Below are positions 51,695 through 60,676 of a stretch of 64,000 bases of DNA, one piece after another; the first letter of the stretch is position 1; each line of letters starts with the position of its first letter. The position numbers and the translations under genes are program-made. The notes beneath the pieces were generated by a model. It saw nothing but the letters and a program-made list of their open reading frames with translations. It did not search any database and was not told where the DNA came from. Source of the stretch: a virus (lineage: Duplodnaviria > Caudoviricetes). The DNA is taken from IMG/VR virus record IMGVR_UViG_3300047561_001367, positions 61,471-125,470 of that record. One strand, written 5' to 3'.

Positions 51695-52084
51695 ATGAAA
51701 ACAGAAATTAAAGCAGACGCGGCTAGCGCCGGAACATACATCGCAACACTTTTAAATGCAAGTACCTCTTTACACTATTTGCATTTTAGAACCCGTAGTT
51801 TCTCTATGCATGAAGCTCTTGGTGATTTATATGAAGGCGTTATTGGATTTGCAGATACTTTAACAGAAGCCTATCAGGGTCGTCATCAAGTTATTCTTGA
51901 CTTTCCATCCCAATCAGTAACAATGCCAACAAATGAATTGGAGTTTGTTCTTAAACTTCATTCTTACGTAATTAATGCAAGATATTCTTTTGCTCCAGCC
52001 GAAGAAACCGAATTGCAGAATATTATTGATGAATTAATCGGAGCTATTGATAAAGCTGCTTATAAAATTAAATTTTTAGCTTAA
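51695..52084 (+). CDS. Dps/ferritin-like protein (DUF5856-like)
   Basis: H..H..T.S...HEALG.LY......D...E.YQG; ELQNIIDE. Confidence 0.75.
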   Translation: MKTEIKADAASAGTYIATLLNASTSLHYLHFRTRSFSMHEALGDLYEGVIGFADTLTEAYQGRHQVILDFPSQSVTMPTNELEFVLKLHSYVINARYSFAPAEETELQNIIDELIGAIDKAAYKIKFLA

Positions 52085-52088
52085 TTAA

Positions 52089-52640
52089 ATGAAAGTCATC
52101 TATAAAAAACAATTTATAGGTAATCAAGAAATTTTACTGTTTTCTTATTCTAGCGAATGTGAAGAATGTGGAACTGAAGAAGAATTGAGTGAAGATAATT
52201 TTTATATTCCCGATGAATCAGAATACATAAGCGCAGAAGAGGTTGATTTCGAAGAATCAGAAGTTGTTGAAATTGATGCGGGTGGACTCTGGGAAAATAT
52301 AAGAAAGAAAAAAGCTAGGGAGGGCAAAAATTATAAACCCGCAAAACCTGGTGATAAAGATCGCCCCTCAAAAGAAGCATGGAAAAAAGCTCGGGCATCA
52401 GAATATCAAGGCAGAAAAGTTCAATTAAATAAACCTTTCAGAACTCCAGGTGGTCCTAAAAAGTTTTCCGTTTATGTCAAAAATGATAAAGGAAATGTTG
52501 TAAAAGTTAATTTTGGTGACCCAAACATGACGATTAAAAAGAATATCCCAGCGCGCAGAAAAAGTTTTCGCGCCCGTATGAGATGTGATAATCCTGGTCC
52601 CAAATATAAAGCCAGATATTGGGCATGTAAGAGTTGGTAA
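52089..52640 (+). CDS. Hypothetical phage protein with acidic N-terminus and basic C-terminal domains (DUF5872/DUF6321-like)
   Basis: GLWENIRKK; KKFSVYVK...VKVNFGDP...RRKSFRAR..C...ARYW.C..W. Confidence 0.6.
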   Translation: MKVIYKKQFIGNQEILLFSYSSECEECGTEEELSEDNFYIPDESEYISAEEVDFEESEVVEIDAGGLWENIRKKKAREGKNYKPAKPGDKDRPSKEAWKKARASEYQGRKVQLNKPFRTPGGPKKFSVYVKNDKGNVVKVNFGDPNMTIKKNIPARRKSFRARMRCDNPGPKYKARYWACKSW

Positions 52641-52647
52641 GTTTACC

Positions 52648-52675
52648 TTGACTAAACATAAAATACTGTTACTAT
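52648..52675 (+). promoter_or_regulatory. sigma70-type promoter, leaderless
   Basis: TTGACT-16nt-TACTAT with extended TG, 7 nt before ATG 52683. Confidence 0.6.
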
Positions 52676-52682
52676 AGACATT

Positions 52683-52979
52683 ATGATAGTAACATGGACA
52701 GCAAAAGGCGCAGATTGGAAACAATCCCTTAAAGCAGATATTGACTCTAACCCAGGAGAAATTGCTACACAATGTGTTGAGAATTTAATGACATCTCTTA
52801 AAGATGAAGACGATGAAGCTAGTTTTGGAGCAATAATCGGTATTAGTCATTCACGAATGAAAAGTGACGAAGAACATTATTTTATGTACGCCCCTCTTGT
52901 TCTTGCCAACGCTGGCTTTTATGAAGACGCAGACGCTTTAGAAAAAGCAATAGATATGGACTCTAGCACCAAAGAATGA
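52683..52979 (+). CDS. Hypothetical acidic protein
   Basis: ORF track; promoter upstream; ATGA coupling to next gene. Confidence 0.6.
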   Translation: MIVTWTAKGADWKQSLKADIDSNPGEIATQCVENLMTSLKDEDDEASFGAIIGISHSRMKSDEEHYFMYAPLVLANAGFYEDADALEKAIDMDSSTKE

Positions 52980-54211
52980 AAGAAACGCTAACCTATGATG
53001 AGTATAGAGAGATTATGGAATCTCTTATCGAACATCATGGGATCTTTTACCAATTTTGGAGAATCTGTAAACCAGTATTCTCTAATGAAATTCCTACGGC
53101 TTGTGTAGGATTTGATAAAGACGCTAATTGCATTGAATTTTTAATTAATAAAAAGTTTTGGAATAAACAATCTGAACACAATAAAAAATTTATAATTGCC
53201 CATGAATGTATCCACGTTATACATTCACATGGAAAACGCGCTGGTAAAAAAATGTCCCCTGCTGCCAATCAAGCAATGGACATTGTTGTAAACGAGTCTC
53301 TTGTTAAATATTTTGGATTTGACCGCAAACAATTTGATCCTTCTAATGAATATCATTGGTTAGATACAAGTTTTAGCAAAGAAGATAATGTATTACCATG
53401 GAATAATTTTGAATATTACTATAACCTCTTACTTAAAGATAGCAAAAAAGTAAAAAATAAACAATTAATAAATGATCATGGTGGGCTTGGTGATATTCCA
53501 GAAGAACATGTCCAAGAAATTATTAATCAATTGAGTGAAGAAGAAACTGAAACACTTAAAAATATCACAGAAGACGCCGAAAAAAATAGCCGCAAAAATG
53601 AAAAACAAATCGGCAATACAAAAGGTGGATTAACTCAAAAATTAGAAAATAAAGCGGTTCCTGTAAAAAAGAAATGGGAAACAATTATTAAACGTTTTGA
53701 AAAGAAAATGACTAGAGATGATACACTCGAAAATCACTGGATAATGAAAGATAGGAGGCTGTTTAATTTAAATTTTGATATATTTTTGCCGTCTGATATA
53801 GAGCAAACCGTAAGAAAAACTGAATCTAATAAAATTGCTACTTGGTTTTTTATGGATACAAGCGGATCTTGTTGGGGATTAGCTCCACGATTTTTTCGTG
53901 CCGCTAAGAGTTTAAATCCAGAGAAATTCGATGTGCAATTTTTTGCATTTGATACTGATGTTTATAAAGTTGATTTAAAAAAGAATAAAGTAGATGGCGG
54001 CGGTGGCACTAGTTTTAGATGTATTACAGATTATATATATAAAAAACATGCGCAAAATCCTTACGTCTGGGTAATTACTGACGGATGGGGTCATGGCGCA
54101 AGTATTCCAGAAGACCAACGTAAAAAATGGAATTGGTTTTTAACTAGTGATGGAACTACTGCTTATATACCAAATGGTTGTAAAGTTTATTCTTTACAAG
54201 ACTTTGGGTAA
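52976..54211 (+). CDS. DUF2201-type metallopeptidase plus VWA domain protein
   Basis: PTA.V, HECIH, N.AMDI.VN; MIDAS DTSGS, GGGT.F, ITDG. Confidence 0.85.
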   Translation: MKETLTYDEYREIMESLIEHHGIFYQFWRICKPVFSNEIPTACVGFDKDANCIEFLINKKFWNKQSEHNKKFIIAHECIHVIHSHGKRAGKKMSPAANQAMDIVVNESLVKYFGFDRKQFDPSNEYHWLDTSFSKEDNVLPWNNFEYYYNLLLKDSKKVKNKQLINDHGGLGDIPEEHVQEIINQLSEEETETLKNITEDAEKNSRKNEKQIGNTKGGLTQKLENKAVPVKKKWETIIKRFEKKMTRDDTLENHWIMKDRRLFNLNFDIFLPSDIEQTVRKTESNKIATWFFMDTSGSCWGLAPRFFRAAKSLNPEKFDVQFFAFDTDVYKVDLKKNKVDGGGGTSFRCITDYIYKKHAQNPYVWVITDGWGHGASIPEDQRKKWNWFLTSDGTTAYIPNGCKVYSLQDFG

Positions 54212-54221
54212 AAATTTACTT

Positions 54222-54989
54222 TTAAGTATCTAAAAGTACAAACTCAGGGTCTACAAATTCGCTATTCAAAAATTGTTGAAGATTAATTTGATTAGTCTGG
54301 CTACAATAAGGATCGTTAGGATTTTTAGGGTTATTTTTAGCCTCCTCCTCCAATTGACGAAGTTTCGCGCTAGTTTCAAGCCAGTCATTTACAGGCCCTA
54401 AAATTCCAAGTACAGCTAGTGCTCCGCCTAATCCTCTCGCAGCCATTCCTAGTTTGCTCATTCTAAGTTTATTAAGTTTACCCGCAACCTTGTCATAAAA
54501 ATCAGGATCGCTGCTACCAGTAGTTGATCCGGAACCTATACTCACACCTCTTACGCTACTCCCTCCTGGGCTACTTATGTTTCCACGAGCAGCATCTGTA
54601 AAAGTTTTTTCAGTTTGCTCGAGATCGTATTTTAATTTGTTTAATTGAGCTTTTAATGGATTTATTTTGTCTTTCGGCCCATATAGTTGATCATATTTAT
54701 TTAATTCTTTTTCTAATGCCGCTATTTGGTCTTTTTGGTTTTGAGTCCAACAATGATAATTACTTTTTGGATCATTTTTTAAAGCATCTAATTCATTTTT
54801 AAATTTTTCGTTATTTATACGTTGTTGCTCTATTTTAGCCTTTTTAGCTGCGGTAGCTGCTTGAAGAACTTCTAACCCGATCATTAACGCAGCAGCCCCT
54901 ATCGCTTGACCAACTGAAAAAACCATCATTGGATTTTCTGGCGTATCTACTCCAGCAGTGGGTCCGAATGGAAATTGATCTTCGTCCAT
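54222..54989 (-). CDS. Coiled-coil protein with two hydrophobic segments
   Basis: ORF track; hydropathy pattern by eye. Confidence 0.55.
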   Translation of the reverse strand: MDEDQFPFGPTAGVDTPENPMMVFSVGQAIGAAALMIGLEVLQAATAAKKAKIEQQRINNEKFKNELDALKNDPKSNYHCWTQNQKDQIAALEKELNKYDQLYGPKDKINPLKAQLNKLKYDLEQTEKTFTDAARGNISSPGGSSVRGVSIGSGSTTGSSDPDFYDKVAGKLNKLRMSKLGMAARGLGGALAVLGILGPVNDWLETSAKLRQLEEEAKNNPKNPNDPYCSQTNQINLQQFLNSEFVDPEFVLLDT

Positions 54990-54993
54990 ATTA

Positions 54994-55863
54994 TTAATTT
55001 ATTTTATATTTATTATTCTGTTTAGAAAATAAAGGTTCTTGCGTTGGGTTCATATTTACTATTACATTATTTTGTATAGATACTGGATAACTTGGATGTG
55101 TTTTTAACCCGTCATAATTTATAGTAATTTGTATAGTAGTTTGTAACTCTGGTTTTAAATATGCAAAAATTGGATCCGATCCATAGTCATAAAAATCTTG
55201 ACCATAAGTATCTCTATAGTCCCGCTCTAGACTTTTAATAACACCGCTTCTTCCATTAATCTGCGCCCAATTAGGCAACGCATTAGTTCCATTTATATAA
55301 AAATTTATAGCTTCTAAAAATAGTGACTCTAAAGTTCTATTTTTAAATTCTTTTGCTTTTTCTAAATAAACAACTGGATTTTCACTAGTATTATTATAAG
55401 GAATATATGGAGATGAATTTGTGGGGACATAACCATTTCGTGTTTTAAAAAGTCCCACCTTTTGAGTTGTATTATATAGACTATCCGATGCTAATTGCGA
55501 AAAAACTGTATATGTATTAAAAGATATATTTTGAGCCCAAACACTAAGATTAGGAATTTTTGTAAACTCTACAGCTGGAGTTGCGATTTGCTTGGCTTTT
55601 TGAAAAACTATTTTAATTTTTTGATCTGTATATAATTCAAATCCTTTTTCAGCATTTATACTATTATAAACGTCTTTATTTGAATAACTAGTATTTAAAT
55701 TAATACTATTTGAAGAGGAACTACTCGACGAGGAACTACTCATCGACGAAGAACTACTCATCAACGAAAAACTACTTGTATTTGAGTAATTTAGCGAGAA
55801 CCAAACTTGCGCTTGATATACAGCTGGAGTTACTGGTAAATTTAATTGTAGATTATTTGCCAT
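54994..55863 (-). CDS. Hypothetical virion-associated protein with poly-Ser
   Basis: Likely start MANNLQ at 55863, after the upstream gene's stop. Confidence 0.55.
   Translation of the reverse strand: MANNLQLNLPVTPAVYQAQVWFSLNYSNTSSFSLMSSSSSMSSSSSSSSSSNSINLNTSYSNKDVYNSINAEKGFELYTDQKIKIVFQKAKQIATPAVEFTKIPNLSVWAQNISFNTYTVFSQLASDSLYNTTQKVGLFKTRNGYVPTNSSPYIPYNNTSENPVVYLEKAKEFKNRTLESLFLEAINFYINGTNALPNWAQINGRSGVIKSLERDYRDTYGQDFYDYGSDPIFAYLKPELQTTIQITINYDGLKTHPSYPVSIQNNVIVNMNPTQEPLFSKQNNKYKIN
55712..55777 (-). repeat. Degenerate 15-18 bp tandem repeat encoding a Ser-rich tract
   Basis: AGTAGTTYYTCGTYG(ATG) units on the minus strand. Confidence 0.75.
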
Positions 55864-55871
55864 ATATAAAA

Positions 55872-58800
55872 TTATTTGTTTTCTTGATTTAGGTTTTCTA
55901 AATGTTGTTCTAAATTCATAGAAGAACTTGTTGATGGATTCCAAGAATAAGGCCGAGGTGGTACATATTTATCGGCTGGTTTAAATGGAGTGTCTGGTTC
56001 TGGAGAAACGTTAAGGTCACTAAATTTATCTCCAGTATTGTTAATAAAATGCCAAGATCTTAATTGTGAATTAGATGGATTATAACTAGACCATTCAGTA
56101 TTCCATAAATATTCATTTCTTTTCCATTTTTGGAATTTAAGGGAATTTTCCCAACTAGCATTATATATAGACTCGTAAGAGAAGGAAGTAAAACCTTTTG
56201 ATTTAACACGATCTGCAGATTGCATTCTTAATGAAATATCTACTTCATCATTAATACCATATCCAGTATAGGTTATTAAAAATTCTGTATCGGTTCCAAC
56301 ATTACCACCATCAGTGCTAATGTACTCTATGTATAAATTAATCCCACTTGGTACAATACCATCCCAAGTTCCAGTGCTTAAGATTTTATGACCATTATCT
56401 TGAGAGTATAAGGTATTATATAAATCGTAAAAATGAGTGTTATATAATGGAGTTGTTTGTTGTAAATGATTTTTTACTTTATATTCCGTGTATGGAATCG
56501 CAGAAATTAAATCTATTTGATTATCAGGATTACCATTATATATACAAGATAAAGGATCTGATGTATTAAAATTAGTACAACCCGTATAATTTTGATAATA
56601 GTCTAAAAGTCCAGTAAAGAAAGATAGATCATCATTAGCACTTTCTGTAGATCCATAATAATCGTCTAATAATCCACTTCCACTTATTGTATAGTAATCA
56701 TTAATAATAGAATTAATTTGGCTAATACTAGAATTTATATTAATATTTATACCATTTGTCATTGTATCTTTTAGATACGCAATACCACTAACAATTTCAC
56801 CTAATAAATTTTGCTTTTCGTTATTAGAAAGTTTAACTAATCCGTTAGTAAATACTGGACTGCTAGAACCTAAATATACTCCACGGACTCTAAGCCCAGA
56901 CGCTATTTTAATATATTCATTTTTTAAGATTTCTAATTTTCTAACGTATCCATTTCCAATCATTATGTCGTTACTAATTCCAGATACTCCAGTGATTGAA
57001 AGTATATTATTCCAAGCTTTAGAATCTTGAGCGGTATGTAATAAGAAACCAGTCCAATTAGTACCATTGGCAGATTTTAGTCCACTCAATGAAGAAGAAC
57101 TAGTACTTGGAATAACTGTCCATTCTTTTCCATTATAACTTATACCGCCCCAATTAGCATTAAGTGGAACGTTTAAAGCAGACCAAGTATTTCCGTTACT
57201 TGAAGTGGCGAACCTTGATCCACTAGAAGGAACTGCGATAAATTTACCATTTCCGTATTCTAAATAGGAAATAGATCCGGTAGTAATTGTATTAAATGCG
57301 AATCCAGTCCAGTTAATTCCATTGGCTGAATGTGAACCGCTTGCGGTAGGATTTTGATTAGAAAATGTGACCCATTTTCCACCACCATAAGCAAGAGTTG
57401 TATTAAAATATGTTGTAGCTATATTATTAGTTCCATATGCAGGTAAAATAACACCGCTATTAAATGGAATAAAATTATTTCCACTCCAAGTCGTTCCGTC
57501 TGTAGAGGTTATAGTACGTGGAGCGTAACCCGTAACAGATCCAGTCGCTATATAGTACCCACCAGAACAACAGGCGGATTCAGACTTAATTCCATTTATT
57601 ATAGTACTATTTTTAGATAAATTTCCAGTAGCACGATATGGTAAACCTAAGTTACCACTTATATAAGAATTACTTCCAGATTTAAATATCCAAGTACTAC
57701 TATTATCAGATGTACCTAATCTTGCATTAATTGTTATATATGGATCATCGACACGATAAGCAAAACCACTATTATTAACTACTAATAAAAGATGATCTTT
57801 TGTTTTTGGCAAGTAGCCTTCAGCAAAAGAACCAAAAGTTCCATTTCCATAAGTTTGATTAGGATAATCATATCTAGTTTGAAATTTATAGACTAAACCA
57901 TTTGGGTTTACTAATGGAAATGACTCCCAAGGACCGTTAGGGCTATTAGAAGCAAACCACGCCACACCCCAACCGGCTGCCAGATCAGCACCATAATCTT
58001 CCAGTATATATATAGGACTTCCACTGCTTAATTTAAGGGCATGTTTATTTATGCCATTGAACCCTGTAAATACAGCCGGACGACCACCTAATCCACTAGG
58101 TATATTATTACCAAAATATGTTGCAAGATTAGGATCAGATTGTGTCCATCCGGTAGTACGCAAAGGTAATGATGAGGTAGAAGACACTGCTGGTTCATAG
58201 GGAAGTCTAACAAATCTTAAATGAATTGGATCACCAGTTGGTGTAAAATTATTTTTGTTTTCAATATATAACTTTGAATATTGCCCTGATCCTTGATATA
58301 GGTCGTCATTAACGTAATAAAATGGAACATCATTAAAATTACCTAATAACCCATATCTAGACAGATTAATAGTGTCTGAATTTAAAAATTCAACTGTTTG
58401 TGGCTGAAAATTACTAGTATATCTAGATGTATTGGAAATTCTTACTTCGTCAATGTAACCCTTAAAGTTTCTGTAAAAACCTGGAGAATCAGCCGCTGTT
58501 CCAATATAGCAAGGCCTACTACTTAATACATCTCCATTATTATAGTATGTATTTTTATTAGAAAGCGTTCCATTAATATAAATTTCCCAGTTAGAGGCGC
58601 GTCTTTGAACGGCTATATGAGTCCATTGGTTTAAAGGAATTGTTCGATTTGAATCAATAGCTCCATTTCTACTACCATCATAGAACAGAACTTCTGATGT
58701 GTTACTTGTAATAAATAGCCCAACACCATTACTACCCCCAGCATTTCTTAAATCAATGATTGCTGTCAAATCATTTTCATCAGCAAGTTGCGTTGGGTAC

Positions 58801-60317
58801 ACCCAACATTCTATTGTAAAATCTTCCCGACCAAAACCAAAAGCTTTATCATCTGAAATAGATAAATAATCTCCGTCTCCATCAAAATATGCAGAACTAG
58901 TTCCGAATTTCTTTTGACCAGACTTAATATTTACATTACCGTGAGGTGTAACTAAGAATTTATACGAAGAGTTGTCTATAAAAGTAGTTGAACCATTAGT
59001 TCCACTCATATGAAGCAATAGACTTAAATTATCTAAAGTTGCGCCATAATTCCATTTCGCCATAGTTGTTTTAGCCTTGCTTAAATCTCTAGCTAAACCA
59101 GTAGTTGTACCCGTAACACGACTAGCACCTACAGCTACCCAACGATTTGTTCCATTAAAAACAATTTTATTAAAATACTCCATTGGAGTATATGCCCCAT
59201 TATTAGTTCCGCTTAGATTTATTACTGACCATGTTACTCCAGTATTTGTTGAAGTGGCACCTTTAGATTCCCGATAATATGTTGGTACTGTTATCCAACG
59301 ACCAGTACCTTGGGCAATACTTGACCATAGCCCAGTAATAGGTAGTGCGTTTGTTACTGTTTGCCATGTTATGCCACTATTTGTTGAAATTGTGATATCT
59401 GCGGTTGGATTATTATAATTATTTTGACCTACTGCTATCCATTTCCCACTAGCATAATCAGCATCTAATAATTTTTGAGTTACTATGTTTTCAACATCTT
59501 TTTGTTGAACCGACTTAACAGTCTTAATATTTTCTACAACAGTATTAAAAGTTCTAGCGGAAGCTTTATGTGGACTGACGTATACAATATTTTGATTTGT
59601 ATTATTTCCAGTTGAAATAACTAATAATCCATCCATAGTTCCGGCGTCATTTGGAGTATATGGAACAATTTTTACTGGATAGTTAAATTTTGGATATTTG
59701 TATACAAAACAACTTTGCGGATATGGCGCGTAAGCATTTACGGGCATATATATACCTTTTTTAGAATCCCATCCGCCAGGTACATATTTAAAATTATTAT
59801 TTTGTTTTAATGAATTTGTAATCGAATTATTTGCTAAATTTACTGGGGATTGGTAAGTAGATAATATGTTAGTAGTATATACCCCCTTTAAACGCTTTGG
59901 AAATGCAAACCTATTATAAGAATACAAGGGGTTGGTATTTTTATTATCAAATTCATGTTTTAAAATTTTACTAAAGAACTTCGCGTCTAAAAAATCTCTA
60001 CGAATTTTACCAATATTAAAATTTTCTAATTCACCGCGGCGCGTAAGAAAAAATTTATCTATTGCTTTGTAATATTGAGTGGCTGCAATAGGTTTAGATG
60101 AGTAGGTAATATGTCCAATATAACCTTTTTTATAATTTGTTTCAGATAAAACAGGGCGTACAAAAGATAAGCATACATTGGGTTTTGTTAAAGTACCCAA
60201 ATTATCTTTAGTTAACACGTAAGAATCCACTTGGATATTTGAACTATCTAAATTAATATTACTAATTAATGATAAGTTACCACCAAGTCCTAATTTTACA
60301 GAATTGCTTTGAGTCAT
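55872..60317 (-). CDS. Tail fibre/receptor-binding protein: BNR-like propeller repeats with inserted LamG/concanavalin A-like domain (1481 aa)
   Basis: S.NG..W repeats, YGNGKFIAV; SAYFDGDGDYL..DFTIECWVYP..WTHIAV.R..GYIDEVRIS. Confidence 0.8.
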   Translation of the reverse strand: MTQSNSVKLGLGGNLSLISNINLDSSNIQVDSYVLTKDNLGTLTKPNVCLSFVRPVLSETNYKKGYIGHITYSSKPIAATQYYKAIDKFFLTRRGELENFNIGKIRRDFLDAKFFSKILKHEFDNKNTNPLYSYNRFAFPKRLKGVYTTNILSTYQSPVNLANNSITNSLKQNNNFKYVPGGWDSKKGIYMPVNAYAPYPQSCFVYKYPKFNYPVKIVPYTPNDAGTMDGLLVISTGNNTNQNIVYVSPHKASARTFNTVVENIKTVKSVQQKDVENIVTQKLLDADYASGKWIAVGQNNYNNPTADITISTNSGITWQTVTNALPITGLWSSIAQGTGRWITVPTYYRESKGATSTNTGVTWSVINLSGTNNGAYTPMEYFNKIVFNGTNRWVAVGASRVTGTTTGLARDLSKAKTTMAKWNYGATLDNLSLLLHMSGTNGSTTFIDNSSYKFLVTPHGNVNIKSGQKKFGTSSAYFDGDGDYLSISDDKAFGFGREDFTIECWVYPTQLADENDLTAIIDLRNAGGSNGVGLFITSNTSEVLFYDGSRNGAIDSNRTIPLNQWTHIAVQRRASNWEIYINGTLSNKNTYYNNGDVLSSRPCYIGTAADSPGFYRNFKGYIDEVRISNTSRYTSNFQPQTVEFLNSDTINLSRYGLLGNFNDVPFYYVNDDLYQGSGQYSKLYIENKNNFTPTGDPIHLRFVRLPYEPAVSSTSSLPLRTTGWTQSDPNLATYFGNNIPSGLGGRPAVFTGFNGINKHALKLSSGSPIYILEDYGADLAAGWGVAWFASNSPNGPWESFPLVNPNGLVYKFQTRYDYPNQTYGNGTFGSFAEGYLPKTKDHLLLVVNNSGFAYRVDDPYITINARLGTSDNSSTWIFKSGSNSYISGNLGLPYRATGNLSKNSTIINGIKSESACCSGGYYIATGSVTGYAPRTITSTDGTTWSGNNFIPFNSGVILPAYGTNNIATTYFNTTLAYGGGKWVTFSNQNPTASGSHSANGINWTGFAFNTITTGSISYLEYGNGKFIAVPSSGSRFATSSNGNTWSALNVPLNANWGGISYNGKEWTVIPSTSSSSLSGLKSANGTNWTGFLLHTAQDSKAWNNILSITGVSGISNDIMIGNGYVRKLEILKNEYIKIASGLRVRGVYLGSSSPVFTNGLVKLSNNEKQNLLGEIVSGIAYLKDTMTNGINININSSISQINSIINDYYTISGSGLLDDYYGSTESANDDLSFFTGLLDYYQNYTGCTNFNTSDPLSCIYNGNPDNQIDLISAIPYTEYKVKNHLQQTTPLYNTHFYDLYNTLYSQDNGHKILSTGTWDGIVPSGINLYIEYISTDGGNVGTDTEFLITYTGYGINDEVDISLRMQSADRVKSKGFTSFSYESIYNASWENSLKFQKWKRNEYLWNTEWSSYNPSNSQLRSWHFINNTGDKFSDLNVSPEPDTPFKPADKYVPPRPYSWNPSTSSSMNLEQHLENLNQENK

Positions 60318-60335
60318 TTAACCAACAATAGGTGT

Positions 60336-60637
60336 TTATTTATGCACCCCTATTACCAGGGCCATAAAATGCTTTCCTACCTCTTATCAAAGTTGTTATC
60401 GTTAGACATTTTATTTCTAACATCTCTACGTCACCGTAGAGTTCAGACTATATCTTGTTACTACTTTCGTAGTAATCGGGGCGCTCGTGTTTGGTTTATT
60501 GTTTGCGTTACTCACCAATTAGTCGTTGCACCTTCTACATACTTTTTGTACGCTTATGTAGCTTGGCTCAGGATTGTCTTATTGCTAAGGTTTCCCCTGA
60601 ATTCACCCCGAAAGGTCATTTTAAATTTTAAAGAACT
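60336..60637 (-). ncRNA. Group I ribozyme (catalytic core P3-P9, IA-like), intergenic, not interrupting a gene
   Basis: Minus strand: P AAUUCAGGGGAAA, Q AAUCCUGAGC, R GCAACGACUA, S AAGAUAUAGUC; P3 CGGGGUG/CGCCCCG; P5 GCAA, P8 GAAA and P9 GUGA tetraloops; candidate omega-G at 60388. Confidence 0.9.
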
Positions 60638-60644
60638 ATTCTAT

Positions 60645-60650
60645 TTACAC
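60645..60650 (-). promoter_or_regulatory. GTGTAA late-type promoter motif in front of the ribozyme
   Basis: Same hexamer found 8-10 nt before several structural-gene starts. Confidence 0.6.
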
Positions 60651-60676
60651 ACGTTATAAGAAATGCGCAATAATTT

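Noticed and set aside
55864-55944. N-terminal extension of the 316-aa ORF overlapping the 1481-aa gene
   Set aside because: ATG at 55863, 8 nt past the upstream stop, matches the spacing seen elsewhere in the window
60336-60365. 9-codon ORF MALVIGVHK after an AGGA
   Set aside because: Too short to support, lies in the P2-like hairpin, and SD use is rare in this window
60615-60637. Possible P1 upstream of P3 (GUU pairing with GAC around an A/U loop)
   Set aside because: Weak AU-rich pairing with mismatches and a 5' exon of about 4 nt; better explained as boxA-like, though not strictly excluded
60309-60659. 116-aa + strand ORF
   Set aside because: Starts at TTG, has no recognisable motifs and is the antisense shadow of the group I ribozyme
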